Assembly: GCA_001600695.1 (NCBI GenBank) | Contig: BCKQ01000004.1 | Span: 720,282-783,929 of the forward strand | Reading direction: 5' to 3' | DNA length: 63,648 bases | DNA from: Ascoidea asiatica JCM 7603 | Lineage: Eukaryota; Fungi; Ascomycota | Part shown: positions 1-11,847 of the stretch, in pieces | Numbering within the stretch: position 1 is the first letter of the stretch | Layout of the letters: each line of letters starts with the position of its first letter | The notes under the pieces: model-generated | Told to the model about the DNA's origin: nothing | The model's input: the letters and a program-made list of their open reading frames with translations, nothing else | The model's database searches: none | Program-made: the position numbers and the translations under genes

Positions 1-642
1 TCTTTTTTTTTTTTTTTTTTGTTGTTTTCTTTGTTATTGTTGGTAATGCGAAATTAAATCTAAAACTTATCTTATAAGAAATTTGATTCTGGTTAAATTG
101 ATTTGACTTGATTTAATTGAAATAGTTCTAGTTATTATAATTACCTATAAGATATTTAAAATGTTACTTTTGTTTGTGATTATATGCTTCTTTTTTTTGA
201 GTTTTTTTAATTTTTTTTTTAATTTTTTTTTTGAAATTTTTCATCTTTTATTATTTGCTATTTACCTTTTTATCAAAGTTCATTTCTTCATATGTTTAAA
301 TATTATATATATAAGTCAATTCAATAAACAATTGTTTATTTATTTCAAATTAGGAGAAAAGTAATCTAATTTATATCATTTGTCGAATATGTTGCAAAAG
401 CGTAGTTTGTTCAATTGAATCAAACTTAACAATAAGATTTTAAAAAATGAATGATAAGCTAAACTACAATACTTTATAAATATTTACATTCAAGCTCGAA
501 ATCTTAAATAAAGAAACAATAAATCTTAACAATACTAATTATTGATCAATATTCAGCTTATCATAATTAAAAGTTATAAATTTAATAAATTCAATACATT
601 TTAAACATTCAATACTGTTGCGTAAATAGACCAAGCCGACAT

Positions 643-744
643 TTTATGATGAGACTAAAAAACAATGAAAAATTGAATACGAGAATTATTTGAAATAGGT
701 TTAACTTAATCTAAATCAATAATGAGGTTCATTGTCTGAATAAA
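643..744 (+). ncRNA. Candidate box C/D snoRNA
   Basis: Box C ATGATGA 646-652, box D CTGA 736-739, closing stem TTTAT(643-647)/ATAAA(740-744), about 100 nt, intergenic. No target identified. Confidence 0.3.
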
Positions 745-1205
745 CATTTTTGTTTATTTTGTTATAAGGTTAAATGTGATTTTTAGAAGATGTTCAAAAA
801 GATGTTTTATGTTGATGAAGTTAATCCTTTGATAATCCTTTAATAATATTTGATAATCTTTTGATGAATGAGCACCAGGCCTTGACCCGCGCTGTTTCAG
901 GGAGAAGAAAATTCGAGTATTTGAGTATATTTGAACATTTTGAACAGTTTGGAGATTTCTTGCTGGCTAACAATTGTTATTATCATCTTGTTTCATCAAT
1001 TGTAATAAGACTGAATCAGAAACTAGATAATAATCTATTTCAAAAGTGATAAAAACTATCATACTCCAGAATTAATAGCTCAATCAGATACTCAGCTATT
1101 CAACCAACTAAAAGCAATTTTTTTTTTTTTGCCGCCCACTTGTTTTGATCATTTAATCAATCATATCAAGTAAGAACAATCGTATTAATAGAAATATAAA
1201 TAAAT

Positions 1206-1706
1206 ATGTCAAGTGTTACAGCAGATGATAAAGCTTCTATAATAGATGTTAATCCATTACTGAAACGTATATCCGAGGGTTCACTGAAGGCTAAAGAGGA
1301 ACAAAATGAAGATGAAGAAAATAATGATAAAAATTATCATATAACACTTGAATTTCCAGATTCTAAAGTTCCACCAATTGATATTGAAAATTTTAAATTA
1401 TCTAGTAGCAAAGCTCATAAAAATTCAAATAATCAAAATAATAGTGAAATTATTATCAGTGATTTTAATGAAGCTGAATATAGTGAAAGTGAAATTGATG
1501 AAAATGAAATTGAAACTGAAGATGAAATAAATGAAATTCAATCATCTTATAATATGGAAGATGATTCTCAATTACAATGGGAAGAATCATTGAATCAATT
1601 AAATGCTTTATTTAATTTTTGTTTATTACCAATTATCGGTAAAGTTTTAGGTAGAAGATTTGCAAATTTAGTTTGGGCTAAAATAGCGTCAAAAATATGG
1701 CGATAA
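1206..1706 (+). CDS. MIM2: Mitochondrial outer-membrane MIM complex subunit Mim2-like, long acidic N-terminus
   Basis: Acidic tract then QWEESLNQLNALFNFCLLPIIGKVLGRRFA, resembling the Mim2 signature (WEES..QL..L....LLP..GK.LGR). Confidence 0.75.
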   Translation: MSSVTADDKASIIDVNPLLKRISEGSLKAKEEQNEDEENNDKNYHITLEFPDSKVPPIDIENFKLSSSKAHKNSNNQNNSEIIISDFNEAEYSESEIDENEIETEDEINEIQSSYNMEDDSQLQWEESLNQLNALFNFCLLPIIGKVLGRRFANLVWAKIASKIWR

Positions 1707-1992
1707 ATGGGAAGAAAATTATTAAAGGACTAATTAAACTGTATAAAGTGTATATAACTATTATAACTAGTACTATCAGTTCGAATAATTAAAAAGATAT
1801 TGTATACAAAAGCGTCTATGATATTAATTATTATATTATATGACTAAGAAAAATCAACAGAATTGTAGTATTATACTACATAATCTAATAAATGATTAAA
1901 TGAATTAATGATTAAACGAATAAGTGAATAAGTGAAATAATGATGAAATGATAAAATGAGTAATATATAAGATATATAAATATATTAAAATA

Positions 1993-3195
1993 TTAATAAT
2001 CTGTTAGTATATTTGTTAAACTGATTATTTGATCATCCATAACTTTTGAACAAATATTTTTTATAGTAAATATTATGGGTTGCATAATTTCATTATTTAT
2101 TTTTTTATCAATTTCCATTAAAACTTTTAAATTAATATAATTTTCATTAAGAATAATATTATTAATATTATGGATATTATTATTACTATTGCTTTTCATA
2201 TTTATATCATTTGATGAAGATCTATGAGAATATTGTAAAGAATCTAAAGAATTAAATGATGTTGAATTTGTAGTTTGAGTCATTTGAAAACTAATTGATT
2301 TTGTAGTAATACTATTTTGAGATTGAGATTGAGAATATGAATCATTGATATTACTATTATTATTATGATTTGGTTGAAATTGAGGAAATTTTAACATTTT
2401 TGATTGTAATTGAGAATGAAAAGTAAATTGTAAAAAAGTATTAATTTTTATGAATAATTTTGTTAAAATTTTCATTAAAGTTGTATATGCAAATAAATTA
2501 TCAATGTTTGTATTATTTGAAATTGTAACTAGTTTCAAACTTAAACCATTACTATTGTTATTGTTGTTATTGTTATTTAGATCATTATTAACATTATTGA
2601 TTGTTGATTGTGAATTCGAATTTAGATTTGAATATAAAGTGTGTGGATCAGATCCTATATTGTTCATATTATTATTGTTATTATTATTATCATTATTATT
2701 ATTATTGTTCTTTATATTATTATTCATATCATTGATAGTACTTTGACTATGATTATGACTAATATGATTATTAGGATTATGATTATCCATATTATTATTC
2801 GAAAATACAGAAAAGGTATTGAAAGTATTAAATATATTTAAAAAAGCATGAAGAAATTGAGATAAATTTGTAATTGGAAAATTCAATAAACTACCCAATT
2901 TTAAACCTAATTTAAGTAATCTTTTTGATAATAATGGAAAATTATCATTAAGAGTTTTTAAATTATCTTTTGTTAAATATATAACATTCATAAAGTAAAT
3001 ATTACCTTGTTGTATAGAAAGCATATAATTAAAAGATTTTATTCTTGTTATTATAATTTTATGACATAAATTAAATTCATTTTCAGATAATTCATTTTGT
3101 TCTTTTGCTATTTGTCTATAATTATTTCCAGATAAATTTTGTCTCATTTCAGAAAAAATACTATCTTTGTTCAAAGGTTTTGTTAAAAGATTCAT
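1993..3195 (-). CDS. Hypothetical protein, 400 aa, Asn-rich low-complexity insertions
   Basis: Long ATG ORF with structured-looking N- and C-terminal segments. Family not recognised. Confidence 0.7.
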   Translation of the reverse strand: MNLLTKPLNKDSIFSEMRQNLSGNNYRQIAKEQNELSENEFNLCHKIIITRIKSFNYMLSIQQGNIYFMNVIYLTKDNLKTLNDNFPLLSKRLLKLGLKLGSLLNFPITNLSQFLHAFLNIFNTFNTFSVFSNNNMDNHNPNNHISHNHSQSTINDMNNNIKNNNNNNDNNNNNNNMNNIGSDPHTLYSNLNSNSQSTINNVNNDLNNNNNNNNSNGLSLKLVTISNNTNIDNLFAYTTLMKILTKLFIKINTFLQFTFHSQLQSKMLKFPQFQPNHNNNSNINDSYSQSQSQNSITTKSISFQMTQTTNSTSFNSLDSLQYSHRSSSNDINMKSNSNNNIHNINNIILNENYINLKVLMEIDKKINNEIMQPIIFTIKNICSKVMDDQIISLTNILTDY

Positions 3196-3772
3196 TATTT
3201 TCTTTTCTTTTATGTTTTACTAAAAATGAATGGAAAAGCGTAAATAAATATTAGTTGTAAGTAAAATGATCAATGAATTGGAAGAGAGGTATGAAAAGAG
3301 GAACTGTAAATGAAAACGTAATTGGAGTTGGAAACTATTAGATTATTGAATTATTGGAATACTAAATTATTGAATTATTGGATTATTAAATTAATGAATT
3401 AATGAATTTGGAAGAATGAAAGTAAAGAAGAAAGTATTATCGTGAATTACCATGGCAATTAATTGTAGCTTTTTTATCGTATTTACGTTTGATTTCAGGG
3501 AAATTCAAAGGAGCTTTAAAAAAGAATTGAAGTGGTTATTTGAATATTGAAAGGACTGATGAATAATGGTAAATAATGAATAAATAGTGATAAATAATAA
3601 TAATAAAATGAAATGGAGAAAAAGGTGAAATTGAACCTTTTAATTTGGTCGTAGTCGAATCCCAAACCTTTATTTTAATACAATAATCTCAGTGTCTTCA
3701 ATCGGTATCTGGCTTTGGAAGCCCAGAAGCCATGCACGCCAAAAGGACACTGATCTGTCTTATCGTTGGTGC

Positions 3773-3781
3773 TCTTGCCAC
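3773..3781 (-). promoter_or_regulatory. Rpn4/PACE-like site (GGTGGCAA) upstream of the 1993-3195 ORF
   Basis: TTGCCACC on + within a GC-enriched promoter island at about 3700-3970. Confidence 0.3.
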
Positions 3782-4869
3782 CTAGTCTTAAATGGGACGC
3801 TTTTTAAAGACAATTACTTTGGTAATATTTAAATAACGCATGATATCCCTGTTTATATAGGTATTTGTATATTTTTGGTGTCGTTTTCCACTGCTCAAAC
3901 AGGCACTCGACTGGTGGCCATTTGCACTTTGCTGCAGCCCTACTTCAGTATGGCAGGCCGTTGAAACAAATGCGTTTGCGAAACCTCCTCAAAACTTGAT
4001 TTCTTCACTGCTTTTTAATATTTTTCCTATTCTTTTTTGAGCCTTTATTTGATTTTTTATCTTTATTTGGATCAGATTATTCTCTTTTGAAGTTCATTAA
4101 CACTCCAGAATTAAATCAATTCATAATGTATCTCTGCTCTTTGAGATTTTAATGATTGAAATGTTTTGTTAAAGTAGTAATTTCATGTCTTAAATTTTAA
4201 AAATTCTGAAGCTTTGAACTTTTGAGGAACGTTCTGGGATCCTGTCCCCTGGGACACTAATTGAAATTTTACTTCTTTTTAAGTTGTTTTAGAGTCCTTC
4301 GATGATCAAAATAGGGTAAAAAGTAAATGTATTGAATAAAATAGTATTGATAAATAGTCCATAGAAAAATTAAATTAAAAAAAGTCCCTTACAAGTTGTA
4401 CAATTGTTATTTTCTTGGGTCACTAATTCATTTTAAATTTGTAAATGTGGTTCACTTTACTAATTATTTTTTTCTTATTGATTCTACGACAAATTTCACA
4501 AGAACAATGAAATATTATCATTTTACAATTACTGCCCTTTTTATTTGAATATTTTTGAAAGATTCATGGAAAAGTATACAAAATTTAATTCAAATTCTAA
4601 ACTAATTCAAAATCATTGTCATTAAAATATAAAATTAATTAAGCCATACTTTTTATGACATCAATTTTAAATGGGAAAAATATTAAATTATCTACTAATA
4701 CGACCTAACAGTAGTACCTACTTGAATAGTTATTTATAAATTTGATTATTTATTGATATATTTATTTACTTATGTATTATTAAATACCCCCTGATTTCAA
4801 TTCCAAATGGTCTAAAAAAAAAATATTGAGAAAGTCAACAGGTTCGGTACTAAGAAAACAAAAAAAAAA

Positions 4870-5297
4870 TTATCCGGATCTAGGAAAAAATACATCAATA
4901 TTTGTTGGATATGGTGCTTGAGTAGGAGATTGAACAGTTGGACTTGATGGTTGTTGTTGAATATTAGAATTATTGATATTGTTATTATTAGATTTGGGAC
5001 CAGTTATTTGTGGATTGAATTGACTTAAGTTAGGATATGGTTGAGATCCCATTGTTTGACTATTTTGACTTAAACTTTGTTGATGAGATGGACTTTGTAT
5101 TGGCATTTGAGAAGGCATTTGGGATGCCATTTGAGGTGTCATTTGAGATGTCATTTGTGAAGGCATTTGTAATGGTGTTTGAGATGGAGCTTGATTATTA
5201 TTTTGATTATAATTATAAGATCCAGTATTATTTGAAGGAATATTTTGTACTGGAGAAAATTGAATAGAACTATTCAAAAGTTCATTACCTGAACTTA

Positions 5298-5336
<39 letters not shown>

Positions 5337-7176
5337 TACTATTAGTTTTATTAACTAAAGAATCATTAGTCATTGATGTTAATAAATCGGGAATAAGTGG
5401 ATTTAAATTTGATTTTATACTTTGATTTCGATTTGGAATTTGATTTGGAATTTGATTACCAAATCCTTGTGATGTATATTGTGGAGTTTGATATTGAGTT
5501 TTATTTAAACTTGGTTGAGTTTGAATTCTATTTGAATTTTGATAAGTATTTTGTGAAGGAATTTTATTACCAGTATTATTATTTGGAATTTGATTTGAGT
5601 ATGGATTACTAAATGGATTATAAGTATCAGATTTATTATTATTAATATTATTATTAATATTATTATTACTAGTAGTTGGTTCAATTAAATTTGGATTATA
5701 TGGAGCAAAAGAAATTGAATTATTATTTAAATTATTATTTAAAGGTCTTTTTGTTGGATTTTTATATTGATTAATTGCTTCATCCATTAAATCATTATAA
5801 ACTCTTTCACTTTCCATTAATTTACTATTTAAACCAATTAAATCATCTTTTCTTTGAGAGTATTTTTCAATTAATTTACCTAAAGTTGGTCTAATTGAAG
5901 TTAAATTATTAAATAAATTTGTTAAATTATCATCATTAATTAATTTTATAAATTCAGATTGTGATAAATTATTATTTTCACTTTCATTATTAATTGTTGA
6001 AAGACGTATAAGTAATCTTTCAATATTTGAAGATTGTTTTAAAATATTTGATTCAATTTGATATTCTTTAATTAAATCATTTGGAGTTGGATCATTAATT
6101 GGAGTTACATAATTTAATGGAAATATACCAATTTTACCATTTAATGAACCTCTCCACCAATCTTTATAAACGGATTCTAATACAGTTATTATATCATTTT
6201 TATTAAAAGATAATTCATCAGGCTCATTTGAAGTTAAATCATAAAGAGCTCTAACTCTAGTTATTAAAGCTGGAGTTATTGAATTTTTTTCAGTGTCAGT
6301 TTTAATTTCAGAAACTGACAGATTATTCTCTTTTTCTTTATCTTTATTATTTTTATTATCATTATTTTCATTTAAATTTAAATTTTGAAATTGATTTTGA
6401 ATATTATTATTGTTGTTGTTGTTATTATTAATATTATTATTAGCATTTGCATTACTTGAAGATGATGGATTATCATTTGATAAATAAGATTTTCTCCAAT
6501 TTTGTTCTTTATTATATTCATCAAGAGATAATTTTAAAATTTTTTCTAATTCATTATCTTCATTTAATTTATCAGATTTATTAATTTCATGTTTTTGAGG
6601 TAAATCTGGAGTTATATTAATATTTTGATTTGGATTTAAATTTGGAAATTTTCTTAAAGATTTTTTTAATAAATCATCAATTAATTTTAATGAAGGATCA
6701 TTTTTAAAAGAATTTGATAATTGAATTAAAATTTGAATTAAATTTGATTTAACAGTTAAATGAATTTTATTATTTGAAATAATTTCAATAAATAAAAAAT
6801 TTGTAAAATTTATTGAAGAAATTTCATTTTTCATTTTTGAACCACAATTTTCACTTAAAGCTTGTAATAAAGTTAAAGATCTTAATAAAATATTTGCATT
6901 ATTAATTTTTAAACGTTTCGTTAAAATATTTATAGCATTTTCAGAACCATTTGAAGGATTATTATTAACTTCATCACAAACATCCATAATATATTGCCAA
7001 TTATCAGTCATTAAATCCTCATCAGTGGATTTAACTATATATAAATGAAATAATGTTAATATTATATTTTATTTATCAAAATTATTATATTTATTATATT
7101 TATTAGATTAAATAAAAATATATATTGAATACATACTGATAAGAGCTTCTAATTGACCATAATTTGAAGGAGACAT
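4870..7176 (-). CDS. HSE1: ESCRT-0 subunit Hse1/STAM (VHS-UIM-SH3-GAT). Exons 7176-7137 and 7034-4870; intron 7136-7035
   Basis: VHS (TDEDLMTDNWQYIMDVCD), UIM (EDNELEKILKLSL), SH3 (VRALYDL...WWRGSLNGKIGIFPLNYV). The GTATGT...TATTAAC...TAG intron restores N-terminus MSPSNYGQLEALIIKSTDEDL in frame. Confidence 0.92.
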
Positions 7177-7383
7177 TATTAATTATTAACTATTGATTAA
7201 TAAGTATCAAATTATTAAAAGAATATAATAATAATATATTAGATATGATATTAATTATTTCTTTTATATATAAACTAATAGATAATATCAAATATTTAAA
7301 AAGAAAGAAAGATAAAAAAAAACAAATCATTAAATAAATCGGTAATTTTAAGGTAAATTAATAAATAAATAAATCAAATAAAT

Positions 7384-7391
7384 GGTGGCAA
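7384..7391 (+). promoter_or_regulatory. Rpn4/PACE-like site GGTGGCAA upstream of HSE1
   Basis: Sequence match about 210 bp upstream of the HSE1 ATG in otherwise AT-rich DNA. Confidence 0.35.
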
Positions 7392-7580
7392 TGTCAAAAG
7401 GGGATAAAAAGATAACTAATTAACCCAAGCCATTTATCATTTTATTAAGGTATTCCGTTTTAAAAGGGAATATAATGACGCATACAGGTTTTAAAGTAGA
7501 TAAAAAGGGGTTCATTAATCAGTTAAATCCTATTTCTACAAATATATATGAAATTATTAAATATATCAATTTTATAATAG

Positions 7581-8204
7581 CTATTTGTTCAATATATAAT
7601 TTGAAGAAGAAGTATAATTATCTTCAACTTCAGATATTCTAGTTACTAATTCATTAAGTTTATCTTCAAGATTATTATTATAATTATTATTATTAGCATT
7701 TGAAGAAGAAGAAGAAGAATCTAAATCCTGAATGGAAGATAGAAGATTATTAATTTGATTTGGTAATTGATTTAAAATCCAAGATTCTTTCAATGATCTA
7801 GTTATTGTTAGTAATTCTTCAATCATTTTAACAATTGTAGAACTATCAGCTTCAATTTGTAAAATATCAGTTAAAACTAATTCTTGAGATTTAAGTTCAG
7901 GATTATTTTCATCATAATCATTTTCTTCTTCATCTATTGTTGGTATTACTTGATTCTATTAATTTAAATAAGATACAACAAGTTAGTTAATGATTTCAAT
8001 ATAATAATGGATTTTTTCAATTGAATTTGATTCAAATACATACTGAACATAGTGTTATCAAGTTTGAAAATGTCAATAGTATTTTTCTAGTTGTTTGATT
8101 TACTTTGTCTGATTAAAGATGAATAACTGTTAGTAGTTGATCTCTTGTTACTCCATCAGCACCAAAATACACATACCGAGACTCTGCTGGGATTTGATCT
8201 GCAT
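7581..8204 (-). CDS. SRB6: Mediator head subunit Srb6/Med22. Exons 8204-8177, 8108-8044, 7955-7581; introns 8176-8109 and 8043-7956
   Basis: IVKMIEELLTITRSLKESWILNQLP matches the Med22 C-terminal motif. Two GTATGT introns (branch TACTAAC/CAG; AACTAAC/TAG) splice in frame to give MQIKSQQSLDKVNQTTRKILLTFSNLITLCS-NQVIP. Confidence 0.82.
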
Positions 8205-8690
8205 TGTTTATAGTCTTATGAAGTTGTTTGTTGTTGTTTCTTGAATGGCTTTTGCTTCTTCTTCTCATCCTCAAATACACTCTCTCTCTCTCTCTCTTCT
8301 TACTCTACTTCCAGTCTTACTCCAGTTTTCATCTCATCGCACCCACAGTTCTGGTCTCCGCAGTCTCTTCCGCCATGTAAACAATCACTGAACTGATAAC
8401 TTTACCGCCAGCTCAACATCTGAAAGAAATGAATTTATCATTCATCTCTGCCAGATTCACACGCAGCTCTGACAAAAGAAATGTCAACAGCTTTATCTTC
8501 TATCAGCGCTTATTTTCTCTTTATACTTTCTTCATACAGCATATCTTTATATATACATAGTTTTTTAGGATATAGCTTGTATAATATATATAATACCACT
8601 CTCATTAATAATCAATAATCAATAATCAATATTCAATAATCAATAATCAAATTAAATATAACAAATATATAAACATTACAAATATAAATA

Positions 8691-9680
8691 ATGAAAAGAT
8701 CTGATGTTTTAGTCACTTTTGGACTAACAGATTCTGTTTTTAAAAAAATTATAAGATGGAAGTTACCTGATTTATTTCTATTCTTTTTATTATTCCTTTT
8801 ATATATATTATTATATAATTTACCTCCATTTCAATCAATGTTTTATATTAATGATTTATCAATATCTTATCCATTTACTGAAAATGAAACTGTAACTACA
8901 ATTCAATTATTTATTTATTCTGTATTAATACCATTTATTTTAATATTTTTAATATCTTTAATAATAACTCCAAAACAAAAAATTTATGTAACTTATTTAA
9001 CAATTTTATCATTTCTTTTAAATGTAATAATAACTTCTTTTTTAACAAATATTTTAAAAAATTGGATTGGTAGACCAAGACCAGATTTTTTATCAAGATG
9101 TGATTTTGATTCTGAAAAAATTAAAGAAAATATTTTAGTTTATGCAAAAGATGTATGTAATACAAAAAATATTTCAAAATTAAATGATGGTTTTAGATCT
9201 TGTCCTTCTGGTCATTCAAGTACAAGTTGGTCAGGTTTAGGATTTTTATCACTTTATTTATTAGGACAATTTAAATCTTTTAATAATAAATCTGGAATTT
9301 TTAAAGTTTTTTTTGCTTTAATTCCAATTTTATTAGCTACTTTAATTGCTTTATCAAGAACTCAAGATTATAGACATAGATTCTCTGATGTATTTCTTGG
9401 TTCTTTAATTGGTGCTTTAATTTCTTATTTCTCATATAGAAAATATTTTCCAAAATTAAATTCTCCATTTTCTTATATGCCAATACAATTAATTAATGAA
9501 AATAAATTATCTGAAAAAAATAATTCATTTATAGATTCTGATGATATTGAAAATGCTTATCTACTATTAGATTCTAATTCTCATTCTAATTCTCAATCCA
9601 ATCCTTCTCAATCTTTAAATCAAAATTCAAATATTAATGATTTAGAAAATCAATTATCTTCTCCTTTAGTTCAACATTAA
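8691..9680 (+). CDS. DPP1: Diacylglycerol pyrophosphate phosphatase (PAP2 family)
   Basis: Catalytic motifs KNWIGRPRP, PSGH and SRTQDYRHRFSD; multiple transmembrane segments. Confidence 0.9.
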   Translation: MKRSDVLVTFGLTDSVFKKIIRWKLPDLFLFFLLFLLYILLYNLPPFQSMFYINDLSISYPFTENETVTTIQLFIYSVLIPFILIFLISLIITPKQKIYVTYLTILSFLLNVIITSFLTNILKNWIGRPRPDFLSRCDFDSEKIKENILVYAKDVCNTKNISKLNDGFRSCPSGHSSTSWSGLGFLSLYLLGQFKSFNNKSGIFKVFFALIPILLATLIALSRTQDYRHRFSDVFLGSLIGALISYFSYRKYFPKLNSPFSYMPIQLINENKLSEKNNSFIDSDDIENAYLLLDSNSHSNSQSNPSQSLNQNSNINDLENQLSSPLVQH

Positions 9681-9812
9681 ATTAATATTATATCTTATTT
9701 CTTATATATTATATCTTATTTCTTATATATTATATATCATATTTCATATATTATATATAATAACTTACTCGCATATTTATAATAAATATAATAAATATTA
9801 TAAATATAATAT

Positions 9813-11483
9813 CTATGGACGTAAACGTCTTGGATCTCTTGGAAATAATGATGCTCTTCTAATATTCTTTAATCCAAGAAAAAACATAACAACTCTTTCT
9901 AATCCAATTCCACCTCCAGCATGTGGTGCACATCCATAAGAAAATGATTCAACATAATCTTTTAATCCTGGTGTATTTGAATCAAGTCCATGTTCTTTCA
10001 TTCTTTCTTTTAAAAGTTCATAATCATGAACTCTTTGAGCTCCTGATAAAATTTCTTCTCCTCTCATAAAAAAATCATATGAATTAGAATATTTTGGATT
10101 AATTGGATCTGGCATTGTATAAAATGGTCTAATAATTGTTGGAAATTTATCTAAAATATAAAAATCTGTATTATATTTCTCACGAATTATTGATCCTAAT
10201 AATTTTTCATTTTCTGTTGATAAATCATCAAAATATCCAATATCTTTAACTCCTGCATTTTTTAATAAATCAATACCTTCCTTAAATGTAATTCTAATCA
10301 TTTTTTCTGGAATTTTAAATTCTTCACATGGAAATTGTTTTCTAATAGTTTCAATTTCTTTTTTAAAACGTAAATTTAATTCATTAAAAATAAAAATAAA
10401 TAATTCTGATAAAACATCAATAACTTCATCATAATGTTCTTCAAATGCCATTTCTAAATCTAATCCCATAAATTCAGTCATATGTCTATGAGTATTAGAA
10501 TTTTCTGCTCTAAAAACTGGTGCAACTTCAAAAACTTTTTCAAAATCTGCAACTATACATTGTTGTTTATAAAATTGTGGTGATTGTGCTAGATATGCTT
10601 TTTTTGAAAAATATGTAACTTCAAATACATTGGCTCCACCTTCTGATGCTGCTCCTAATAATTTTGGACTATGAATTTCTATAAATCCTTTATTTGTTAA
10701 AAATTCTCTAAATAAAAGACAAACGCCATGTTGAACTCTAAAAATTGCATTATTTGTTGTTGTTCTTAAATCAATTACTCTATTATCTAATCTTGTATCA
10801 AGATTAACGATTGGTAAATCTAGTTTTTTAGATTCTAATTCACTTCTTTGTGCATCTTCAATTAACATTGGTAATTGTTCAGGAGTTTCACTAATAATAA
10901 AAATTTTTGTAATTTGAATTTCAACATCTTGTATAGTACAAGATTTAACTAATTCATTAACTTTTTTACAAATTCCATGAACAAGAACTATTGATTCTAA
11001 ATTCAATGAATTACCAAATTTAACCATTGGTTTACTAATAGTTTTACCATCTGAACGTAAAACTGATTGAATTGTATTAATTTGTTGACGGAATGTTAAA
11101 AATGAAAGTGAAGCAGATTGTGCTCTTTTATTATGAACTCTTGCTCTAAATACAACTTCTTCACCATCATTTTTTTCACTTAATTGACTAAATTGAATTC
11201 TTTTAATTCCAGTTTTGAATGATGATTGAATTAAAGGTAATTTACCATAACTATCTTTTGCAAAATCATTTGCAGCTTGTAAAGCTTCTTCAGCTGCTTT
11301 TTCTTTAGCTAATTGTTCTGCTCTTTCTTTTTTCTTCAATTCTTTTTCTTTTTCTTTTTGAAGTTTTTTCAATGCTTTCTTAGAAAGTGGTTTACCATCT
11401 GGACCAAGAATAGCCTCAACAGGTTTAGATTCTTTTTTATCTTCAATTGATAAATCTTTTACAGAAACAGGATCAGCAGACAT
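9813..11483 (-). CDS. DPS1: Cytosolic aspartyl-tRNA synthetase
   Basis: Lys-rich N-extension (LSKKALKK), LAQSPQFYKQ, motif 2 FRAENSNTHRHMTEF, motif 3 GGGIGLERVV, C-terminal FPRDPRRLRP. Confidence 0.98.
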   Translation of the reverse strand: MSADPVSVKDLSIEDKKESKPVEAILGPDGKPLSKKALKKLQKEKEKELKKKERAEQLAKEKAAEEALQAANDFAKDSYGKLPLIQSSFKTGIKRIQFSQLSEKNDGEEVVFRARVHNKRAQSASLSFLTFRQQINTIQSVLRSDGKTISKPMVKFGNSLNLESIVLVHGICKKVNELVKSCTIQDVEIQITKIFIISETPEQLPMLIEDAQRSELESKKLDLPIVNLDTRLDNRVIDLRTTTNNAIFRVQHGVCLLFREFLTNKGFIEIHSPKLLGAASEGGANVFEVTYFSKKAYLAQSPQFYKQQCIVADFEKVFEVAPVFRAENSNTHRHMTEFMGLDLEMAFEEHYDEVIDVLSELFIFIFNELNLRFKKEIETIRKQFPCEEFKIPEKMIRITFKEGIDLLKNAGVKDIGYFDDLSTENEKLLGSIIREKYNTDFYILDKFPTIIRPFYTMPDPINPKYSNSYDFFMRGEEILSGAQRVHDYELLKERMKEHGLDSNTPGLKDYVESFSYGCAPHAGGGIGLERVVMFFLGLKNIRRASLFPRDPRRLRP

Positions 11484-11599
11484 GATTAAAAACTACAAAT
11501 TAAATTAATCTTAATGAATTCAATTAAATTGACTTAGAACACAATTAAACTTAACTCAATTACTTTATTTAAATATCAAATTATCAACAAATTAATTTC

Positions 11600-11610
11600 A
11601 GTGACTCACT
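11600..11610. promoter_or_regulatory. Gcn4/AP-1 site (AGTGACTCACT) in DPS1 promoter
   Basis: TGACTCA core with symmetric flanks about 120 bp upstream of the DPS1 ATG. Aminoacyl-tRNA synthetase genes are typical Gcn4 targets. Confidence 0.6.
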
Positions 11611-11847
11611 AAAAAAATGTTTGCTGTGCATTTCAAAAACTCAATATTTTTTTCCAATCTCAAGTCATGTGCCGGTGCATTTAGTGCATTTTTACACAAA
11701 AAGACCGTTCTTCGGACTACGTGCACGAGCCTCTTCGATTATACTGTTAAAAGATAAGCTTTTTTATACTTTTAAGCTCATTTCAACCTACAAAAAGAAG
11801 AAAAAATATTTTTTTATTTATTCATTGATTATTAAAGCTACATTTGA

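Noticed and set aside
161-364. Phe-rich 67-aa ORF
   Set aside because: Translation of poly-T tracts; no coding evidence.
9688-9735. About 21-bp direct duplication between the DPP1 and DPS1 stops
   Set aside because: Simple AT-rich slippage in a convergent terminator region.
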